In this document: positions 61,347 through 64,000 of the stretch, piece after piece | Layout of the letters: each line of letters starts with the position of its first letter | Position numbering within the stretch: position 1 is the stretch's first letter | Origin: Flavobacteriaceae bacterium | Lineage (GTDB): Bacteria; Bacteroidota; Bacteroidia; Flavobacteriales; Flavobacteriaceae | NCBI GenBank assembly: GCA_029252345.1 | Contig: JAQXBP010000088.1 | Location: 71-64,070 of the forward strand | DNA length: 64,000 nucleotides | Reading direction: 5' to 3' | Made by a program: the position numbers and the translations under genes | Notes under the pieces: model-generated | Told to the model about the DNA's origin: nothing | Database searches by the model: none | The model's input: the letters and a program-made list of their open reading frames with translations, nothing else

Positions 61347-62204
61347 ATGATTTTAGTTGTTGACAGTGGTTCTACTAAGACTGATTGGATAGCCCTAGAT
61401 AATGAAGGCTTAGAAATTTTTTCTACTCAAACGTTGGGTCTTAACCCTCAAATGCTGTCAAATGAAATATTAAATGAAAGAATAAAAAATAATTTTGATA
61501 TCTACAAAAACAGAAAGTTAGTAAATAAACTTTTTTTTTATGGAGCGGGTTGTGGAGTTAAAGATACCCAAAACCGTATACTTAAGGTTTTTAAATCAAT
61601 TTTTGTAAATAGTGAGTTTGACATAAAAGAAGACACCTATGCAGCTGTCTATTCTGCAGTTGATAAAGGTATTCCCTCTATTGTAAATATTATTGGAACT
61701 GGTTCTAACTGTTCATATTATGATGGTAAAAATGTAATCCAAAAAGTTCAATCTCTGGGATATGTGTTAATGGATTATGCTAGTGGGAACTATTATGGTA
61801 AATATCTTATCAGAGCTTATTATTTTAATAAAATGCCTGAATATTTAAGAGATGAATTTTCTAATAATTATGATTTATCTCCAAATTCTATTAAAAATAA
61901 ATTATATAGAGAAGAAAATCCAAACACATATTTAGCAGGATTTGCCAGATTTTTAATAGAGAATAAGTCTAATGAATATTTTAAAGAAATCATTTTTAAA
62001 GGCTTAGAAAGGTTCATAGATTATCAAATTCTTCAATATGATGACTTCAGTAAGGTAGATATCCATTATGTTGGATCTATAGCTTATTATTTAAAGGATG
62101 AAATAACTAAAATTGGAAAGAAATATAATCTTAAAACTGGTAAATTTATCCAAAGACCAATTATTGGCTTAGTTGATTATCACAAAAGAAATATTCTAAA
62201 CTAA
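61347..62204 (+). CDS. BadF/BadG/BcrA/BcrD-type ATPase (N-acetylglucosamine kinase-like)
   Basis: Actin-fold phosphate-1 motif ILVVDSGSTKTDW and IIGTGSN. 285 aa. Confidence 0.7.
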   Translation: MILVVDSGSTKTDWIALDNEGLEIFSTQTLGLNPQMLSNEILNERIKNNFDIYKNRKLVNKLFFYGAGCGVKDTQNRILKVFKSIFVNSEFDIKEDTYAAVYSAVDKGIPSIVNIIGTGSNCSYYDGKNVIQKVQSLGYVLMDYASGNYYGKYLIRAYYFNKMPEYLRDEFSNNYDLSPNSIKNKLYREENPNTYLAGFARFLIENKSNEYFKEIIFKGLERFIDYQILQYDDFSKVDIHYVGSIAYYLKDEITKIGKKYNLKTGKFIQRPIIGLVDYHKRNILN

Positions 62205-62588
62205 TTAGATTATTGCAATCATTGATATCTCAACATTAACATTCATTGGAAGTGTTTTAACTGCTATCGTTTCTCTAGCAGGTTCATTCCCAGCATTTAG
62301 ATAACTCCCATATATTTCATTTACCTCTTTAAATAATGACATGTCGGATAAAAAAATTGATGATTTAACAACATTATTAAAACTCATTTTAGCTTCTTCT
62401 AGAATATTCTTAAGGTTTATCATTACTTGATGAGTTTCGTCATTAATAGATTCATTATTTAATTTCATTGATTCTGCATTTAAAGCAATTTGACCTGAAA
62501 TGTAAAGGGTACCTCCTTTAAGTACCGCTTGGTTATATGGTCCTATTGGAGCTGGTGATTTACTAGTATTTATAATTATTTTTTCCAT
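62205..62588 (-). CDS. ridA: RidA family reactive enamine/imine deaminase
   Basis: 127 aa YjgF/RidA pattern: APIGPYNQAV, LYISGQI and ARETIAVKTLPMNVNVEI. Confidence 0.88.
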   Translation of the reverse strand: MEKIIINTSKSPAPIGPYNQAVLKGGTLYISGQIALNAESMKLNNESINDETHQVMINLKNILEEAKMSFNNVVKSSIFLSDMSLFKEVNEIYGSYLNAGNEPARETIAVKTLPMNVNVEISMIAII

Positions 62589-62593
62589 AATTT

Positions 62594-64000
62594 TTATAAG
62601 GTTCTGTCTGGTTCTGATCTTTTTTCGTATTTAAGATCGCTAAGTAATCCTGATTTTATTCCAATAAAAAAATTCCATGAAGCTCTTGGACTAAAAGGTA
62701 CCCATGAAAAATCTAATTTCCAACTATCTAAATCCCTATCAAACCTTAACTGCGTGTAGGTAAAACCCTTTTGTTTAAAGTCGTAACCTGATGATATCCC
62801 AACAGTCCATTTAGGAGTTAGTGTTAAATTTGAAGATATCATTAGAGAATTTGTTGAAAAATCTTTTTGACCTACTGAATTATTATATGTTAATGAATAT
62901 GCTAAGTTTAATGACCAAGGCATTTTATATATGTAATTAGTTAAGTCTATTTCTTCCTCATCTTCATCCTCTTCTTGATTTTGTCTAGAGTCTGAGAAAT
63001 CTTGAGATACTCCAAATAAATCATCAGCTCTTCCTCCTCCAGAGGTGGACTCCTCTATTTGATCTTCAGATTGACCTCTTTTAAATGTGTTATTATTTAT
63101 TTGATATTGAGTTGAAATATTTGCACTAGTCATTCTTAAAAGCCCACTTCCATTTTTTGAATTAAATACATTTATTCTTTTATTATTTTCATCGAGTGCA
63201 TATGGGTCAAATGTTGCACCTGTATTAACTACAAGACCCTTGGTAATATCAATGCTACCATTAACCCTAATAGGTGAAAGGTTAAATTCTTCTGCAGCAA
63301 GATTATAGCTAGTTGAAATATTTAAGTTCTTAAAAATATTAATTTTTCTTAACTCTGTTTGAGTTGAGTCTTTAGGTTTTACTTTTGCTTCAAGAGTATT
63401 TTGAATACCTAAACCAATACTGCTTGAATAATTTTTTCCAGGACCCGGATACAACCCGCCCTGAAAACGAGTATATTCCGCTGTATTCCCATTTGCATCA
63501 ATTATATAAGTATCATAGTATTTTTCGAAACTTGGATTATTTGAGTAAGATATACTAGGGGTAATAGTGTGTCTTATAGATTGAACTTTATTTTTGGGTT
63601 TAAAATTTAAAATTCCATAGATTTTAGTTGTTATACTCGCATTATAATTATAAACTCCAAATCTGTCAAATCCTGATATAGTATCTTTAATTACTCCATC
63701 TTGCTCATTGTAGTTACTATAGTTGATCGTTTTCCCTGTCCAGGTCTCTTGATATTGCCCCCCAACGCTTACGCTAAAGTGTTTAAGCATTTTAAAGTTA
63801 GTAGTGAAAGGAATATTATGTTGAACTCCTGACTTTGCATTATCAAACATTCCTTCTTTTAATAGTAAATCATCTGCAAAAATGGCCCTATTATCAGCTT
63901 TTGATGAGTATTGGATATTAATATTTTGTAAAAATCCCTTTTTTGATTTACCCTTCTTTTCAAAAGGATAAAATCTATTTGAATTTAAAGTAAGCGTTGG
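62594..64000 (-). CDS. Large outer-membrane beta-barrel protein, LptD-like (C-terminal part; continues beyond the window)
   Basis: The frame stays open upstream of the track Met (63850) to the window end (manual translation PTLTLNSNRFYPFEKKGKSKKGFLQNINIQYSSKADNRAIFADDLLLKEGMFDN). It has alternating beta-strand-like sequence with aromatic strand ends and an acidic insert QEEDEDEEEID. I recall the ridA-adjacent position holding putative LptD in Flavobacteriia. Confidence 0.55.
   Translation of the reverse strand, partial: PTLTLNSNRFYPFEKKGKSKKGFLQNINIQYSSKADNRAIFADDLLLKEGMFDNAKSGVQHNIPFTTNFKMLKHFSVSVGGQYQETWTGKTINYSNYNEQDGVIKDTISGFDRFGVYNYNASITTKIYGILNFKPKNKVQSIRHTITPSISYSNNPSFEKYYDTYIIDANGNTAEYTRFQGGLYPGPGKNYSSSIGLGIQNTLEAKVKPKDSTQTELRKINIFKNLNISTSYNLAAEEFNLSPIRVNGSIDITKGLVVNTGATFDPYALDENNKRINVFNSKNGSGLLRMTSANISTQYQINNNTFKRGQSEDQIEESTSGGGRADDLFGVSQDFSDSRQNQEEDEDEEEIDLTNYIYKMPWSLNLAYSLTYNNSVGQKDFSTNSLMISSNLTLTPKWTVGISSGYDFKQKGFTYTQLRFDRDLDSWKLDFSWVPFSPRASWNFFIGIKSGLLSDLKYEKRSEPDRTL

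Overview
The window is very AT-rich (about 30% GC by eye) and almost gap-free. I count about 57 protein genes, 2 tRNAs and RNase P RNA. Many adjacent genes have overlapping stop and start codons.

Gene content and order point to a streamlined Bacteroidota/Flavobacteriia chromosome. The order includes bamD-rpoZ-coaBC-recN, tsaD next to tamB, ridA next to an lptD-like gene, and a DUF3822-like gene next to rsmD. Exact TAnnTTTG boxes sit just upstream of isolated gene starts, and lipoprotein signals are frequent.

Nearly everything is core housekeeping: ribD, prmC, ligA, fabI, coaE, lon, cmk, rpsA, pyrR/pyrB, pdxH, ppk1/ppx, dnaX, rnpB, kdsB, gcvT, thrABC, clpC, gyrA, pfkA and gap.

The only clearly accessory-looking block is a same-strand string directly after a tRNA-Ser/tRNA-Arg pair and a strong terminator. 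It holds three Cys-type sulfatases, a very short FGE-like maturase, a hotdog-fold protein, an NMO-family oxidoreductase and a single-domain asparaginase homolog.

I found no CRISPR array, transposase, phage genes or recognisable defence system, and I do not claim a new multi-gene system. The observations most worth a second look are:
- dnaX is split at an A10 run, with stop codons right after the run in both alternative frames. This is either tau/gamma recoding or a homopolymer sequencing error.
- All four proteins of the sulfatase + minimal FGE module carry lipoprotein signals.
- The tamB membrane anchor is encoded upstream of any canonical start codon.
- rnpB is unusually compact.

All functional calls rest on motifs read from the supplied translations and on my own translation of unlisted regions. 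No database search was possible.
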